This document shows positions 1 through 8,252 of a stretch of 64,000 nucleotides of DNA, one piece after another (position 1 is the first letter of the stretch; every line of letters starts with the position of its first letter). Under the pieces are notes generated by a model. The model did no database searches and was not told the origin of the DNA. It saw only the letters and a list, made by a program, of their open reading frames with translations. The position numbers and the translations under genes are program-made. Location: NCBI GenBank assembly GCA_964567595.1, contig CAZMNF010000006.1, forward strand, positions 2,125 to 66,124, read 5' to 3'. The DNA comes from an uncultured Thermotogae bacterium (GTDB lineage: Bacteria; Bipolaricaulota; Bipolaricaulia; RBG-16-55-9).

Positions 1-561
1 GTTGAGGAACCGCAATCGGACCAAGCCTGTCCGCCTTCGTCCCAACCTTCGAAGTGCTGTCCACCGCCGTCCCAACCCTCGAAGTGCCCGCCGGCCCTGA
101 GCAATCAAGCGTTCGGCCTCTCGGTCAGTTTCCCCTTCGCGAACCTGCCGCCCAACACGGCGACCTCGCTCCTGTTCGTCAATCTTTTCGCGCAGGGCGA
201 TCTGACACGGGACGTGTTCCACCGGACGGAAGTCCGCCTGCCGTTCTTTCCTGTTTTTGGGCTGGATCCGACGCTCATTTCGGTTCGCCAGTCCCTACTG
301 TACGCGTTTACGACGGCGCCCGTGATCTTTTACGTCGGCAGCGGCGCCAGCACCCTGCCGATCAGCACCAACGGCAACAGCGGGTTCCAGTTCTCCTTGC
401 TGGCACGCATGGGCGTGGAGGTGCAAGTTGCGCCGCTCGGGCTGTTCCTCGATCTCACCTATGGGACGGTGCCCGTTCCCTGGAAGCACGTCAACAACGG
501 CAACCCAGCCACCGCCATCAACAACCTCGAGCTCAGCTTCGGCGCTGCGTTCCACTTTTAA
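1..561 (+). CDS. Partial (5' truncated) outer-membrane beta-barrel-like protein with an N-proximal Cys/Pro repeat
   Basis: Frame 1 is open from base 1 to TAA at 561 (VEEPQSDQACPPSSQPSKCCPPPSQPSKCPPALSNQAFGLSV...LELSFGAAFHF). Alternating hydrophobic strands and a terminal Phe resemble a BAM beta-signal. Confidence 0.55.
   Translation, partial: VEEPQSDQACPPSSQPSKCCPPPSQPSKCPPALSNQAFGLSVSFPFANLPPNTATSLLFVNLFAQGDLTRDVFHRTEVRLPFFPVFGLDPTLISVRQSLLYAFTTAPVIFYVGSGASTLPISTNGNSGFQFSLLARMGVEVQVAPLGLFLDLTYGTVPVPWKHVNNGNPATAINNLELSFGAAFHF
28..87 (+). repeat. Two-copy 30-nt in-frame tandem repeat encoding CPPSSQPSKC / CPPPSQPSKC
   Basis: TGTCCGCCTTCGTCCCAACCTTCGAAGTGC at 28-57 and TGTCCACCGCCGTCCCAACCCTCGAAGTGC at 58-87. 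Confidence 0.85.
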
Positions 562-648
562 GATCGATCAAGATCACCCGGGACGACACCATGCCAACGG
601 AGCGGTCCTGACAACTCCCTCTCAAAGCGAGAACGATGCCAGTCGAGC

Positions 649-685
649 AATCGCGGCGGGCTCCGCCCGTCGCGATTTGTCTTTT
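649..685 (+). terminator. Intrinsic terminator
   Basis: 13-bp stem AATCGCGGCGGGC-TCC-GCCCGTCGCGATT (one G-U pair) followed by TGTCTTTT, downstream of the first CDS. Confidence 0.75.
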
Positions 686-705
686 GTGCCCTCGTGTCCT
701 AGACT
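677..705 (+). promoter_or_regulatory. Sigma70-type promoter for yicC (short leader)
   Basis: TTGTCT (677-682), N17, TAGACT (700-705); ATG at 721, no SD. Confidence 0.5.
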
Positions 706-720
706 CGTCTCTCGGTTTCC

Positions 721-1590
721 ATGGTTACCAGCATGACCGGCTACGGCGAAGGCGAGGCGCAGACGGATACTTGGTCGGCCTCGGTTCGCATTAAGACGCT
801 CAATCATCGTTATCTTGACATCGTCGTCAAGGGGCTCGAGGATTACGATGCGCTCGAACTGACCGCCCGACGCCTCATCGAGTCGACGCTGCACCGCGGC
901 CGCGTGGAGGTTCGGGTTTCGCTGACGCCGACCGACGATCGTGGCCTCCAATTCGACCACGACGCCGCTCGCGATCACTGGAACGCGCTCGAGACCCTGG
1001 TGCGCGACCTCGGGTTGGGCGAGCCCGTGACGCTGGATCACCTGATCCGCTTCGGCCGGGCGTTCGTCCCCCTGCCGCCCGATGCCGCGGGCGCCGAGCC
1101 TGCTCTTACGGACGCGCTCCAGTCGGCTCTGGAGGCTGTTCGGGCGGAACGCACCCGCGAGGGGGCGGCGCTCGGACAGGAGCTCGCGTCGATGCTTGAT
1201 GCCCTCGGCGGAGAACAAGCCGCGGTTCGCGCTGCCGTGCCTGAGCTCAAGGCCCGCTACCGCGAGTCGCTGCAGAACCGACTGACCGAGCTGGCGCCGA
1301 ACGTCGAGTTCGACCCAGGCCGACTGGAGCAGGAGGTGGCGCTCGTCGTCGAGCGGGCGGACATCACTGAGGAGCTGGACCGCCTCGAGGTCCATCGCCA
1401 AGCCGCCGATGAAACGCTTCAGAACGAGGCGGGAGCAGCGGGCCGACGGCTTGACTTCCTCGGGCAGGAGATGTATCGAGAGGTTAACACGATGACGTCG
1501 AAAGCCAAAGACGGTGATGTTGCGCAGCGCCTGGTGGACATGAAAGCTCAAGTTGAGCAGTTCAGAGAGCAAGTAAGAAACATTGAATGA
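721..1590 (+). CDS. yicC: YicC/YloC family endoribonuclease
   Basis: N-terminal SMTGYG, NHRYLDI, HRGRVEV; C-terminal DITEELDRL...GRRLDFLGQEMYREVNTMTSK...EQFREQVRNIE; next to gmk. Confidence 0.95.
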   Translation: MVTSMTGYGEGEAQTDTWSASVRIKTLNHRYLDIVVKGLEDYDALELTARRLIESTLHRGRVEVRVSLTPTDDRGLQFDHDAARDHWNALETLVRDLGLGEPVTLDHLIRFGRAFVPLPPDAAGAEPALTDALQSALEAVRAERTREGAALGQELASMLDALGGEQAAVRAAVPELKARYRESLQNRLTELAPNVEFDPGRLEQEVALVVERADITEELDRLEVHRQAADETLQNEAGAAGRRLDFLGQEMYREVNTMTSKAKDGDVAQRLVDMKAQVEQFREQVRNIE

Positions 1591-1732
1591 GGAGTTGTCA
1601 AACAACGGCCTAGACCATCGGGTGGCCACGCCTCCCGAATTCGCTATCCCGGCGCCCGCGCACACGAGGATGCCCCTCGATCGTTATGTCTGACCTCGGC
1701 TGACGACGTCACTTGATCCCGACCCAGACGTT

Positions 1733-2332
1733 ATGACGGCCTCTCGCATGGGAACGCTCCTCATCCTCTCCGGACCAGCGGGCGCGGGCAAAACGACGCT
1801 GCGCAACGAGCTGCTAACGCGATTGGATCGGCTCGAATTCTCCGTCTCCTGCACGACACGCCTGCCCCGCCCCGACGAGCGCGACGGCGTGGATTATCAC
1901 TTCATCTCCCGCGAGCGCTTCCGGTCGCTGATTGAGGAAGGGGCATTTCTGGAGTGGGCGGAGGTTCACGGACGCCATCTGTACGGAACGCTTATCAACG
2001 ACGTCTGGCAACTGACACAGCGGGGCCGAGATGTGCTGTTGGAGATCGACGTTCAGGGAGCCGCTCAGATCCGCCAGCGGCTTCGCGCGTCGCCGCTGAG
2101 CGGGCACTTCATCTTTGTGCTGCCGCCCTCGTGGTCCGCGTTGCAGGCTCGACTCGGCCACCGTCAGACCGAGGATTCTGACGAGCTTGAACGGCGGCTG
2201 GCTAGTGCCCGAGCAGAGCTTGCGCAAGCCCCCAAGTTTGACCTGCTCGTGGTCAATCGGGACGTCGAAGAGGCACTTGCGGTGCTGATTCGGTTCCTCC
2301 ACGCAGCACGAACCGACGAATCCTCCGTCTAA
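1733..2332 (+). CDS. gmk: Guanylate kinase
   Basis: P-loop SGPAGAGKTT, SVSCTTRLPRPDERDGVDYHF, LEIDVQGA; yicC-gmk synteny. Confidence 0.96.
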   Translation: MTASRMGTLLILSGPAGAGKTTLRNELLTRLDRLEFSVSCTTRLPRPDERDGVDYHFISRERFRSLIEEGAFLEWAEVHGRHLYGTLINDVWQLTQRGRDVLLEIDVQGAAQIRQRLRASPLSGHFIFVLPPSWSALQARLGHRQTEDSDELERRLASARAELAQAPKFDLLVVNRDVEEALAVLIRFLHAARTDESSV

Positions 2333-2354
2333 AAAGGGGTTGCCGCCTGATGGC

Positions 2355-2927
2355 TCAGACGCCGAGCTCGCGACCGGCAAGCAATCGTCGGATGTTGTCG
2401 CGGTGTCGGTAGACGCTGAGCAGGGCGAGCCCGACCATCAGGCCAACGTATGTCAGTGGATAGCCGAACACCGCCAGCCACACGGGGGTCAACAATAGCG
2501 CCCCGACGGATGCCGCCGAGACGTAGCCTGTGATTCCCGCCACACCGCCCCAGATCCCGATGGTGATCAACGCGACTGGCCAGGCCAACGCGCCGACGAG
2601 CCCGAGCGTCGTTGCGACTCCTTTGCCGCCCTGGAAGCCGAGAAACACGCTCCAGTTGTGGCCGATTACGGCCAGTCCGGCCAGCCACAAGGGCGTGCCA
2701 AGCGCCCAGCCGAGCCCCACCGCGCTCACGCCTTTGCCGATGTCCAGCAGCAGGGCCAGCGCCCCGTAAACACGGCCCGCCGAGCGGGCGACGTTCGTCG
2801 CGCCGACGTTGCCGCTGCCGACGCTGCGCACGTCGACGCCGCGAGCGAGCGCGATGAGGTAGCTGAACGGGATCGCGCCAATCAGATAAGCGAGCAGCGC
2901 GTGCAGGATCGCCGCCAACGGGGTCAC
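2355..2927 (-). CDS. plsY: Glycerol-3-phosphate acyltransferase PlsY
   Basis: GSGNVGATNVAR, LLDIGKG, GHNWSVFLGFQGGKGVAT, HRDNIRRLLAGRE. Confidence 0.95.
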   Translation of the reverse strand: MTPLAAILHALLAYLIGAIPFSYLIALARGVDVRSVGSGNVGATNVARSAGRVYGALALLLDIGKGVSAVGLGWALGTPLWLAGLAVIGHNWSVFLGFQGGKGVATTLGLVGALAWPVALITIGIWGGVAGITGYVSAASVGALLLTPVWLAVFGYPLTYVGLMVGLALLSVYRHRDNIRRLLAGRELGV

Positions 2928-2960
2928 GACTTCCGTTGGAGTGGGCGCCCGAGTCGAGGG

Positions 2961-4874
2961 TCACGACGACGCGTCGGTCTCGTCGTCACTCGCCTCCTCG
3001 GTCTCCTCTGTTTCTTCCGTCTCCAAGTCGGCATCCTCGGCGTGCTGCTTGAGGAGTTCACGCATGGTCAAGGCCTCGTGGCCGGTTTCGGCCTCCTCGA
3101 CCTCGGCGGGCTCCTCGTCGGAACTGCTGGATTCCGGGGACGAGGCCGTTGACGATGAGGATGAGGAAGAGGGAGAGGAAGAGGAAGATGACGCCGCGGC
3201 CGTCGGTTCCGGCGGCCAGCTTTGGCGCTCTGGGCCGCGGGACGGCTCTGTGGCCCGCTGGGGTTGCGGGGCCTGCGCTTCCTGCTGGCGCTTTTCGGCC
3301 TCATGGGGCTCGTTGACGTTGCGCAAGGACAGACGGACCTGGCGCTTCTCCTCGTTGACGCCAATGATGCGCGCCACGGCGGATTGCCCCTTCTCCAACA
3401 CGTCCGACGGTTGATCGACGTGCTCCTCCGCAATTTCGGAGACGTGGATGAGCCCCTCGACCTCGTCGGTGATCTTGCAGAACGCACCGAAGTCCTTCAG
3501 TTCGGTGATCTCGCCGTCGATGACGGTGCCGACGGGGTAATTCTCCACGAAGGTGTGCCAGGGATCCTCCTGCATCTCGCGCAGCGACAGGCGGATCTTG
3601 CGGCGCTCGCCGTCGGACTTGATGACCTTGAGCTCCAGCTCGTCGCCCTCTTGGACGACCTCGTTCGGATGGTTGATGCGCTCCCAGCTCATCTCCGAGA
3701 TGTGGAGCAGGGCCTCGACGCCCTCCTCGAGCTGGACGAACGCACCGAAGTCGAGCAGCTTGGTCACGGTGCCCGTGACAACTGCGCCTTCCGGATATTT
3801 CTCTTCGATGTTGGCCCACGGGTCCGGCTGGGCCTGGCGCATGCTCAGGCTGATGCGCCGGTTCTCTTCGTCGACGTCGAGCACGACGACCTCGACTTGG
3901 TCGCCCTCCTGGACAACCTCGCTCGGGTTCTCCGGAAAGCCCCACGATAGCTCGGAGACGTGGACCAGCCCCTCGACGTCGTCCTCCAGCCGCACGAACG
4001 CGCCGAAGTCGGTCAGCGCCACAACGTCGCCCTCGAACGTCTCGCCCGTGGGGTAGCGCTCCTTGATGTTCTCCCAGGGATCGGGGCGGGTCTGCTTGAT
4101 CGACAGGGAGATCCGCCGGCGCTCCTTGTCGACGTCGAGGATTTTCACGTTGACGGTGTCGCCGACTTCGTAGGTGCTCGGCGGCGCGGGCAGGTCCTTC
4201 CAACTGATCTCGGTCCGGTGGACCAGCCCTTCGAATCCGCCGATGTCGACGAACAGCCCGAAGTCGACGATGCTCTTGATCTCGCCCTCGACGACGTCGC
4301 CGACGGTGATCTCCTCGAACAGCTCCTCGAGGCGGGCGCGCTCCTGCTCCTTGAGATATTCCTTGTGGGAGACGACGAGGTTCTTGTCTCGACGGTTCAG
4401 TTCGAGGATCTTCAGGTCAATTTCCTGGCCACGGAGTTGCTCGATGTCCGATGGCAGGTCGTTGCCGAGATGGGAGCCGGGCAAAAACGCCCGGATGCCG
4501 TTCAGGTTGACGTGATAACCGGCGTTTTTGACCACGCCTTCGACGACTCCCTGCACAGCCTCGCCGTTGCGATACTTCTGCTCGAGCTCGCCGATGCGCT
4601 TCTCGTAAATCGCCTGGCGCTCGGAGACGAAGATCGTCCCCTCTTCCTCGTCGATGTAGGTGATGATCACCTCGACCTCGTCACCCGGCTCCAAGCCGTC
4701 CTCGCGGAACGGGGCCAGCTCGCGCGGGCGCATCTGGGCCTCGGACTTGTAGCCGATATCGACGAGAATAACTTGGTCCGTTGCCTGAACGACGTGCCCG
4801 GTCAGGACGTCGCCTCGGTTGTAGACTTGGACGTCCTTTTCCTCGAGAAACTCCTCCATCCGGTTCTCTGCCAT
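2961..4874 (-). CDS. rpsA: 30S ribosomal protein bS1 with a long acidic/Ser-rich C-terminal tail
   Basis: Six S1 repeats (e.g. [37 protein letters not shown]). Start taken as ATG 4874 (MAENRMEE), not the ORF-track 5096. Confidence 0.95.
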   Translation of the reverse strand: MAENRMEEFLEEKDVQVYNRGDVLTGHVVQATDQVILVDIGYKSEAQMRPRELAPFREDGLEPGDEVEVIITYIDEEEGTIFVSERQAIYEKRIGELEQKYRNGEAVQGVVEGVVKNAGYHVNLNGIRAFLPGSHLGNDLPSDIEQLRGQEIDLKILELNRRDKNLVVSHKEYLKEQERARLEELFEEITVGDVVEGEIKSIVDFGLFVDIGGFEGLVHRTEISWKDLPAPPSTYEVGDTVNVKILDVDKERRRISLSIKQTRPDPWENIKERYPTGETFEGDVVALTDFGAFVRLEDDVEGLVHVSELSWGFPENPSEVVQEGDQVEVVVLDVDEENRRISLSMRQAQPDPWANIEEKYPEGAVVTGTVTKLLDFGAFVQLEEGVEALLHISEMSWERINHPNEVVQEGDELELKVIKSDGERRKIRLSLREMQEDPWHTFVENYPVGTVIDGEITELKDFGAFCKITDEVEGLIHVSEIAEEHVDQPSDVLEKGQSAVARIIGVNEEKRQVRLSLRNVNEPHEAEKRQQEAQAPQPQRATEPSRGPERQSWPPEPTAAASSSSSSPSSSSSSSTASSPESSSSDEEPAEVEEAETGHEALTMRELLKQHAEDADLETEETEETEEASDDETDASS

Positions 4875-4995
4875 CTCGGATTCACCCACGTTCGTCGGAT
4901 TCTCCCCCGATCTCAAAGATCGCTGGCGCAGTGCCCTGATTGGAACGCGTCTGCCTCGGGGGTGATGCAGATGGGCGGCGCCGGCATCGACCATC

Positions 4996-5024
4996 ATCAT
5001 AGCACTTGGCTGAGACCGATGCAA
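4996..5024 (-). promoter_or_regulatory. Sigma70-type promoter for rpsA (about 115-nt leader)
   Basis: Minus strand TTGCAT (5024-5019), N17, TGc-TATGAT (5001-4996). Confidence 0.6.
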
Positions 5025-5046
5025 TCTCGCATACAGTCCGATTTGC

Positions 5047-5697
5047 TCATGTCGAGGGGGGCTCCGTCGACAACGGCTCAGCCGCCAGGCGATCAATCCG
5101 GGCCATCAGCGCTTGCGCCAGGACGTCATCGCGATCCTGCTTCGGCATCTCCTCCAGGCCCTCGACGTCGGTTTTGAGTTCCGCGAGGCTGAATGGACGG
5201 CCGATGCGGGCGGTGATGCGCGGAAATCCGAAGGGATAATCGGGCGGATAGGGCCCCTCGTTGACCAGACAGATCGGCACGAAGGGTTTCCGAGTCCGCT
5301 CGGCAAAGCGGATCACGCCAAGCCGGACTTCAGCCGACTGACGGGTTGTGCCCTCCGGAAACATGCCGACGAGACGCTCGGCTTCCAGGGCCTCGGTCAC
5401 GCGGCGGAAGTCCGCCTTGCGGAATTGATCGCGATTGATCGGGACCGTGAAGTGCTTGATGAAGGGATAGAACACGGGATTGCGCATCAACGAGCGCCGG
5501 GCGATGAACAGGATGTGCCGCCGCAGGCCGATCGCCGCGATGAGCAGCGTGATGTCCCAATAGCTGTGATGGCGTGCGACCAGCAGCGCCCCATCGTCCG
5601 GAACGTGCTCCAGGCCTTCGACGCGTAGCCGGAACAGTCCCTTCATCGCCAGGTTGAACAGCGGCGCGAGGATGCCGTAGACGAGGCGTTTCAGCAT
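5047..5697 (-). CDS. plsC: 1-acyl-sn-glycerol-3-phosphate acyltransferase (PlsC family)
   Basis: HxxxxD motif (HHSYWD), VPINR, MFPEGT. Start taken as ATG 5697 (MLKRLVYG). Confidence 0.9.
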   Translation of the reverse strand: MLKRLVYGILAPLFNLAMKGLFRLRVEGLEHVPDDGALLVARHHSYWDITLLIAAIGLRRHILFIARRSLMRNPVFYPFIKHFTVPINRDQFRKADFRRVTEALEAERLVGMFPEGTTRQSAEVRLGVIRFAERTRKPFVPICLVNEGPYPPDYPFGFPRITARIGRPFSLAELKTDVEGLEEMPKQDRDDVLAQALMARIDRLAAEPLSTEPPST

Positions 5698-5769
5698 GGC
5701 ATTGGCCCGTCGACTCTGAATGTTTTGACGATAGGGGACGCTTGCGGCCGACGCAACGGCGCTCACCCA

Positions 5770-6264
5770 TTATGAGGCGTCTCGATGGAGCGAGGGCGAC
5801 TCGACGTCGAGCTCAGGTGGACTCGACAGTCGGCGCAGGGGCCAACGGAGTCCGCCCAACAGCAGGCCGATGCCGATGGCGATTGTGCCCATGATCAGCG
5901 TCGACTCTTCTCGGACGAACTCGGCTCCCATCGCTTGAAGCCCTTGGGTCCACCAGAACGCGCCGAGGGCCAGGACGAGACGCCGAACGGCAAGCGCCAT
6001 CGTCGGCGTCAAGGAGGCCATCGGCACGCGCGCTAGCCCGAACGCCCACGCCAACGTCGTCGCCACCCCGTGTCGCATGCGAGCGCCTTCACTGCCAAAG
6101 TCCCCGGCCCAAACGAGCACGGACGTCGCGACCATGACAAAGCCCGTGGCGAGGTACCATCCGAACAGGAGCCAGCTCGCCTCGATAAAGACGGTCTCCC
6201 GCAACACGGGATAGAGCGCGATGCGTAGGGCAGCATAGGTCGCGCCAACGATCAATCCAATCAT
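5770..6264 (-). CDS. Hypothetical membrane protein (about 4 TM helices)
   Basis: 164-aa ORF with several hydrophobic segments, co-oriented with plsC; no family recognised. Confidence 0.65.
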   Translation of the reverse strand: MIGLIVGATYAALRIALYPVLRETVFIEASWLLFGWYLATGFVMVATSVLVWAGDFGSEGARMRHGVATTLAWAFGLARVPMASLTPTMALAVRRLVLALGAFWWTQGLQAMGAEFVREESTLIMGTIAIGIGLLLGGLRWPLRRLSSPPELDVESPSLHRDAS

Positions 6265-6322
6265 GGTTTCATCATTCCCTACTCAGCTCACCGGCCCTTC
6301 GCTCTCTCCCTCATGATATCGG

Positions 6323-6349
6323 CCACGTCCCGAATTGCGAAGGACGTGG
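6323..6349. repeat. Inverted repeat between divergent promoters
   Basis: CCACGTCC-N11-GGACGTGG perfect 8-bp arms. Confidence 0.6.
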
Positions 6350-6376
6350 GGCGGGTCACACGCAGACGTCGGTCGC

Positions 6377-6406
6377 TTGAGGTCCGGGACACATGGCGTC
6401 TATAAT
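6377..6406 (+). promoter_or_regulatory. Sigma70-type promoter for the CAP-domain gene
   Basis: TTGAGG (6377-6382), N18, TATAAT (6401-6406); SD GAGGAGG before ATG 6432. Confidence 0.65.
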
Positions 6407-6431
6407 GAGTTTTATCGAGGAGGCGGTAGGC

Positions 6432-7448
6432 ATGCAGGCACCCATCCGTTCGCGACGTCAGCTCCAGATCATTTCCGCAGCCGTGGCCCTCGTCGCGTTG
6501 GTCGTCGTGGCAGCGCCCGTTGAGGCCCAACAGCGTACGCCGGAGGCGACCTTCCTGTCCTTGATCAACGACTATCGCGCCGACAGCGATCGATGCTGGA
6601 CCGGCGATCGCTGGCGCTCGTGGCCCAGCGACGCGACCCGCACGCTGGCGCGCTCCCCAACGCTTGACGACGCCGCCAGCGCCCATAACGCAACGATGGC
6701 AGAGACGGACTGTCTCGCGCATCGCTGCGAGGGCGAAGCGGATCTGCCGGAGCGGATCGAGGCGGCCGGGTACCCGACGACGTGGACCTATCTATCGGAG
6801 AACGTTGCCGGTGGGTTCGAGTCCGCCCAAGCCGTTAGCGAGGCCTGGCGCACCTCCGACAGCCACAATCGGACCATGCTCGACTGCCGTGTGCGAGCAA
6901 TCGGGATCGCCCGTACCGAGGCTCCGCAAAGCGACTACCGCTGGTTCTGGACAACCGATTTCGGCGACGTCGTCGATGCCGAGCAGCGCGAGGGCAGCTC
7001 CTCGAGCCCGGATCCCGTGCTGGCAACGTTGGCGGACTACGACGTCAACGACAACGACCGCATCGATCGGCCCGAATTCGACGAGATCGTCTCCGACTGG
7101 AATGCGGGCCGCCTCGGCGATCGCGTTGTCGAGAAAGCCTACGAGCTCTACCGCTCGGGTGGGTCGCTCAGCGGAGTTAGCGTGTCCGCGCCCTTCTCCG
7201 TGGCCCAGGAAGAGAACCGCGCCCGTTTTGCCGTCAACGGGCTTGGAGCTCACGAGCTGACGGTTCGCATTTACGGCCTCTCCGGTGATCTCGTCTACAC
7301 GGGCCGGACGAGCGACGCCGAGCTCGTTTGGCACCTGCAGAACCACCGCGGGCAACCCGTCGCCCGCGGCGTCTATCTCTACGTCGTCGAGGCGGACACA
7401 TCGCATGGCCTGCAGCGTCGCGTCGGCCGCATGACCGTTCTCCCGTAG
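6432..7448 (+). CDS. Secreted CAP (SCP/Tpx-1/Ag5/PR-1) domain protein with an EF-hand/dockerin-like motif and a T9SS-type-A-like C-terminal domain
   Basis: Signal peptide; CAP motifs LINDYRA, AASAHNATM, ENVAGG, WRTSDSHNRTML, IGIA, WTTDFG; DVNDNDRIDRPE; terminal VRIYGLSGDLVY...WHLQNHRGQPVARGVYLYVV...GRMTVLP. Confidence 0.8.
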   Translation: MQAPIRSRRQLQIISAAVALVALVVVAAPVEAQQRTPEATFLSLINDYRADSDRCWTGDRWRSWPSDATRTLARSPTLDDAASAHNATMAETDCLAHRCEGEADLPERIEAAGYPTTWTYLSENVAGGFESAQAVSEAWRTSDSHNRTMLDCRVRAIGIARTEAPQSDYRWFWTTDFGDVVDAEQREGSSSSPDPVLATLADYDVNDNDRIDRPEFDEIVSDWNAGRLGDRVVEKAYELYRSGGSLSGVSVSAPFSVAQEENRARFAVNGLGAHELTVRIYGLSGDLVYTGRTSDAELVWHLQNHRGQPVARGVYLYVVEADTSHGLQRRVGRMTVLP

Positions 7449-7466
7449 CGTAGGTCCTGCTGGTCA

Positions 7467-8159
7467 ATGAGCGACTCCCTGGACGCGCTCCATGGGGACG
7501 TCATCACGTGCCATCGCTGTCCGCGCTTGGTGGCCCACCGCGAGCGCGTCGCCTCGGAGAAGAAACCCGCATTCCGGAACGAACCGTATTGGGGCCGGCC
7601 CGTCCCCGGCTTCGGCGATCCCCGCGCCCGAGTGTTATTGATAGGACTGGCCCCGGCTGCGCACGGCGCCAATCGCACCGGTCGGATGTTTACGGGGGAC
7701 GTGCCGGGTGGCGCAGCGGACTTTCTCACCGCGGCGCTGCACCGCGCCGGCTTTGCCAACCAACCGACGTCCCGCCATACCGACGACGGACTGGAGCTGA
7801 CCGACGCCTACCTGACCGCGATCGCCCGCTGCGCTCCGCCGAATAACCGACCCACGAGCAGGGAAATTGACCAATGTGCCGAGTACCTAGATCGCGAGTT
7901 CGCTCTGCTGACGAACGTCCAGGCGATCGTGGCGTTGGGTGGGATGGCCTTCGATCACGCGCTTCGGCTCCTGCGCCGCTTTGGGGCGTCGATCCCGAGC
8001 CCCAAACCGAGGTTTGCCCACGGCGCCGTCGCGGAACTGGACAGCATGCCCGCGCTCGTCGCTGCGTACCATCCGAGCCGACAGAACACGCAGACGGGGC
8101 GCCTAACCCCGGAGATGCTGGACGACGTGTTCGCATCGGTACAGATCCGGCTCTCCTAG
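7467..8159 (+). CDS. udgB: Uracil-DNA glycosylase family 5 (Fe-S type)
   Basis: CHRCPRL, GLAPAAHGANRTGRMFTGD, RCAPPNNRP, YHPSRQN. Confidence 0.92.
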   Translation: MSDSLDALHGDVITCHRCPRLVAHRERVASEKKPAFRNEPYWGRPVPGFGDPRARVLLIGLAPAAHGANRTGRMFTGDVPGGAADFLTAALHRAGFANQPTSRHTDDGLELTDAYLTAIARCAPPNNRPTSREIDQCAEYLDREFALLTNVQAIVALGGMAFDHALRLLRRFGASIPSPKPRFAHGAVAELDSMPALVAAYHPSRQNTQTGRLTPEMLDDVFASVQIRLS

Positions 8160-8252
8160 CCCGCCACACGACAATTTTGGAGGCCGCGGGCGACAATGGG
8201 GGGGGACTCACTCTCGGTGAACTCCAATGCCCGGGTCGGCTGTCGGGATCCA

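Noticed and set aside
28-87. Tandem repeat as a possible CRISPR array
   Set aside because: Only two adjacent copies, no spacers, in frame within a CDS; no cas genes. No CRISPR array was seen anywhere in the window.
3140-3190. Purine-rich GAGGAA/GATGAG low-complexity tract
   Set aside because: It simply encodes the poly-Ser linker of the bS1 tail on the minus strand.
4875-5096. ORF-track N-terminal extensions (rpsA to 5096, ahcY to 15912, hpf to 51171, MazG-like to 62565, 16975 start through the tRNA)
   Set aside because: The extensions run through promoters, a tRNA or other genes and lack homology-like sequence; downstream starts with SD or promoter support were used instead.
6288-6722. 144-aa minus-strand ORF, and the similar 51205-51603 ORF
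   Set aside because: They overlap better-supported signal-peptide genes and their promoters on the opposite strand; no motifs.
8198-8205. G8 homopolymer as a possible phase-variation tract
   Set aside because: It lies between convergent 3' ends, not in a CDS or promoter; unremarkable in a high-GC genome.
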